Assembly: GCA_963783575.1 (NCBI GenBank)
Contig: CAWAOD010000003.1
Location: forward strand, 256,001 to 320,000
Length of the DNA: 64,000 nt
Direction of reading: 5' to 3'
From: an uncultured Spirochaetota bacterium
GTDB taxonomy: Bacteria > Spirochaetota > Brevinematia > Brevinematales > JAOACQ01
Below the pieces are notes generated by a model. That model worked only from the letters and a program-made list of their open reading frames with translations. It did no database searches and had not been told where the DNA came from. The stretch's first letter is position 1. Each line of letters opens with the position of its first letter. Made by a program: the position numbers and the translations under genes. Below, piece by piece: positions 61,080-64,000 of this stretch.

Positions 61080-62022
61080 ATGAATCCGGATAAAATGAGG
61101 GAATTTGTTTTACAGCTTTTAAACAGCGGTTCATTGAAAGGGCTTAACATCTCCGATAAAGAGGAAAGTGTCATAACAATTCTGAACACAAAGGAAGAAA
61201 AGCTGAAATTAACCTTTACATCGCCTGATTATTATCCGGATATGACCTGGGAAAATATAAAACTGGAAATAATGAGGCTCCTTGGAGAAGAAATTGCAAA
61301 ATTATTAATGGCAAGAATTAAAAGCATTCTTTTCAATTCAATTAAAAAATTAACGGGTTTCCCCGAACCCGATACTTCTTACAGGGGAAAAATTCATGAA
61401 CTAATCGGTAAACTGATTTCAAGACATCAATCCAGGAAATATTTATGGAAGGCTGATTGACTTCCTGGACAGCAATATAATGATGACCTTTCTGCATTCA
61501 GTTTATGAAAATAAAAAATTAATTTACAGGGGATTGAACCGGTTTGAAGGCATTGTTTTAAAATCACAGGAAGAAGCGATAGATTTTATTAATACATCTT
61601 TTATGATGATGCCTTTATACGAAATTACTTTGCCTAAAAAAGTTATAATGCCTCAGTATGGAACAAGCAATACCACCGTTTCACTAAAAGACCTTGAAAA
61701 TGACGAGATACTTAGTAAAAATTTCATATTAAGGATCAACGATATAATCACAAAAGAGCTGCCTCAAATCTCGAAGGATTTGCTCGATGCTTTATCAAAA
61801 ACCTTCTTCTCAGAAAGCCCGGAAGAGACTCCATTTCATTCCGAACTGCTTAAAATTATTTACCATATTGCCGTTGACTGGAGATGCATAAAAAAGGATA
61901 AAGGGGCGGAATCATTACTAATGAGCTGGTTGAACGTGGCGAGGGTAAATTTCAAATTTTACGGTTATAATTTCAACATCATTGATGAATTGTATAAAAC
62001 AACAATTGAAGAGGATTTATGA
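61080..62022 (+). CDS. Hypothetical protein, probably one gene frameshifted near 61442-61453
   Basis: The frame of ORF 61480 extends upstream (LIDFLDSNIMM) and overlaps the end of ORF 61074-61460. No RBS for the second ORF. Confidence 0.5.
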
Positions 62023-62885
62023 TGAAAAGATTATTAAAAATAGTCGACTATCTCCTTTTACTAATAATCGTATTATCCGTGTTTCAATTGATTTTGGACG
62101 ATGTGGGTATAATCTATTTCGGCGGCAATAAAGATTTTCAGAAATGGATGACATATTCAGCTTTCTTTTTTGATTTTATTTTCAGTGTAGAATTTATTGT
62201 CAGAACTGTACATGCCATTAGAAACAAAATTTTCAGGACCTATTTCTTTACAAAGGGCGGATGGGTTGATTTTCTGGCCTCGCTGCCTTTGCTGCTGTTA
62301 AATTCAGGGCCATTATTGATATTTACACTCCTGGGCCGCACTGAAACCGGAGCCAGAAGCATTGCCAATATGCTGAAAATTATAAAAGCGATCAGGGTAA
62401 CTAGAATTTTAAGAATTCTCCGTCTGTTAAAAATATTCGGCAGGATTGAGAATGTTTTTTCAAACATTGTTCAACATCATATCGCATCTATAACATCTAT
62501 GGTTGTATTTATTTCAATATTAACGTTTATGGCCCTCCACATCAGCGGCTTTATTGTTTATGAAGATGTAATTATGGAAGCAAAGCTGTCTTTACTTTTA
62601 AGTTCGATTATGATTGCCGATATTTTCGTCATTACAATCTTTTATTCCGCCCATATGGCTAAAAATATAAGCGATCCTATCTATGTTATGAAAAGGGGAT
62701 TTAAGGAACTGGATTACAACTACCTGGTCAAAATAAATAAAGATTACCAGGACGACGAGGTATTCGAACTTGCAAAATATTACAATACCATATGGCTCCC
62801 CATTAAAGCAAAGGTTATCGCCGCTAATAAAAAGAAATTAGATAAGAAGGAAGCCGATAAGGATGATTACTCGGATTTATTGTGA
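62019..62885 (+). CDS. Ion-transport (voltage-sensor-like) membrane protein with HAMP-like C-terminus
   Basis: S2 'FSVEFIVR', S3 'WVDFLASLP' and S4 'KIIKAIRVTRILRILRLLK', then two TMs and 'DEVFELAKYYN'. Confidence 0.65.
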   Translation: MMKRLLKIVDYLLLLIIVLSVFQLILDDVGIIYFGGNKDFQKWMTYSAFFFDFIFSVEFIVRTVHAIRNKIFRTYFFTKGGWVDFLASLPLLLLNSGPLLIFTLLGRTETGARSIANMLKIIKAIRVTRILRILRLLKIFGRIENVFSNIVQHHIASITSMVVFISILTFMALHISGFIVYEDVIMEAKLSLLLSSIMIADIFVITIFYSAHMAKNISDPIYVMKRGFKELDYNYLVKINKDYQDDEVFELAKYYNTIWLPIKAKVIAANKKKLDKKEADKDDYSDLL

Positions 62886-62897
62886 TTAAGAGGACTT

Positions 62898-63227
62898 ATG
62901 AAAATAGAAGGTGTGCCATTTACGGCTACAGATTGGAGTAAAATAAATACTACAGGCATCCCCGGTGAGAGTGGAACTGCTTTTTCAAAAAGTTTTGAAC
63001 AGGGCAATTTAAGGGTGAGACTGGTGGAGTATTCTGCCGATTACAAAGCGGACCACTGGTGCAAAAAAGGTCATACCGTTTTTATACTGGATGGCGAATT
63101 TATTATAGAAATTGAGGATGGAAGAAAATTCGAATTTAAAAAGGGGATGAGCTTTCAGGTCGCTGATGATATTGATGCTCATAAGGCATACTCAAAAAAC
63201 GGCGCGACAGTTTTTATTGTGGATTAA
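62898..63227 (+). CDS. DHCW-motif cupin-fold protein
   Basis: 'PF..TDW...GESG.A', 'ADHWCKKGH' and 'GMSFQVAD...H'. Confidence 0.85.
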   Translation: MKIEGVPFTATDWSKINTTGIPGESGTAFSKSFEQGNLRVRLVEYSADYKADHWCKKGHTVFILDGEFIIEIEDGRKFEFKKGMSFQVADDIDAHKAYSKNGATVFIVD

Positions 63228-63230
63228 ATA

Positions 63231-63995
63231 ATGGAAAATAAAGAAATAATAAAAAAAGCAAGGGAGAGATTTGATCCGCTGCTTCACACGGAACATTATA
63301 AAGAAATCCATTCGGACTCAAAGCATTTGGAAAATTTAATCCGGATGATCGAAATAAAAAAAGGTAAAACATATCTTGATCTTGGAACGGGAAACGGCTA
63401 TATAGCGTTCGAGCTCGCCGGAAGGGAAAAAAACATCAAAGTTATCGGGCTGGATATTGCAGAAAATTCCATTCTTAAAAATATCGAAATTAAAGAGAAA
63501 AATGAAATTAAAAATATAGAATTTGTTAAATATGAAGGAACCCGGTTCCCTTTTGAACAAAAAAGCATTTCCGGCATCATTTCCAGGTATGCCTTCCACC
63601 ATTTTCCGGATCCGGATCTGACAATTGCGGAGTTATTCAGAATCCTTGAAGATAAGGGGTTTTTCATTTTATCCGATCCTATGACCGATGAAATTGATGA
63701 GTATAATTTTATCGACAGATTTCAATCGGTCCAGGAAGACGGGCATGTACATTTTTACCGGAGAAGCGAAATAGAAGAATATTTTAAAAAGCATAATTTC
63801 AGGGTTGAAAAGGAATTTTACAGTTCGATCAGGTACCCGCGTGAAGTGAACGAAAATTATAAAAAGCTTTTTATGGCGACTGATAGAGAAATACTGGATA
63901 AATATGAAATTACTCAGGAAAATGGAAAGGTCTATGTTAAAGTAAAAGTAATGAATATCTTATTCAGAAAAAATAAAGAACAAAATTACTGTTAA
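63231..63995 (+). CDS. Class I SAM-dependent methyltransferase
   Basis: LDLGTGNG, GLDI and SRYAFHHF..P...E..RIL. Confidence 0.85.
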   Translation: MENKEIIKKARERFDPLLHTEHYKEIHSDSKHLENLIRMIEIKKGKTYLDLGTGNGYIAFELAGREKNIKVIGLDIAENSILKNIEIKEKNEIKNIEFVKYEGTRFPFEQKSISGIISRYAFHHFPDPDLTIAELFRILEDKGFFILSDPMTDEIDEYNFIDRFQSVQEDGHVHFYRRSEIEEYFKKHNFRVEKEFYSSIRYPREVNENYKKLFMATDREILDKYEITQENGKVYVKVKVMNILFRKNKEQNYC

Positions 63996-64000
63996 TGTAA

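Noticed and set aside
2301..63667. Numerous short antisense or out-of-frame ORFs in the track
   Set aside because: They are shadows of well-supported genes and have no motifs or RBS.

Overview
Bacterial chromosomal window, AT-rich, probably from a spirochaete. That placement is inferred from gene content (cNMP-TPR-cNMP regulator, lipoprotein repertoire, mcsA-mcsB-clpC without ctsR), not from a database search. Most of the window is housekeeping genes: clpC/mcsB/mcsA, secA, purM, glyA, hslVU, queE, rpsF-ssb-rpsR-rplI-dnaB, mlaEFD, hisG, ispD, secG, apt, mutL, lgt, ybeY, mrfAB-like, folK, glgA, recF, prfA and prmC. There is one complete IS1380-family element (13750-15458, TAATA target duplication) and two tRNAs (Gln-CTG, Glu-CTC). 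An accessory islet follows the tRNAs: beta-propeller lipoprotein, type IIG R-M enzyme, NYN nuclease, a type ISP R-M remnant and a GH-A glycosidase. Four genes carry homopolymer-associated frameshifts that are probably assembly errors. The most notable unexplained signals are: a promoter + operator + twin-hairpin RNA leader in front of the NYN nuclease; a stand-alone structured RNA near 26.9-27.05 kb with two mutually exclusive folds (fluoride-riboswitch-like or 6S-like); a dispersed family of miniature elements with IS1380-like ends; an apparently catalytically degenerate McsB; a 72-bp in-frame insertion in queE; and strong Thr-Asn enrichment in exported proteins.
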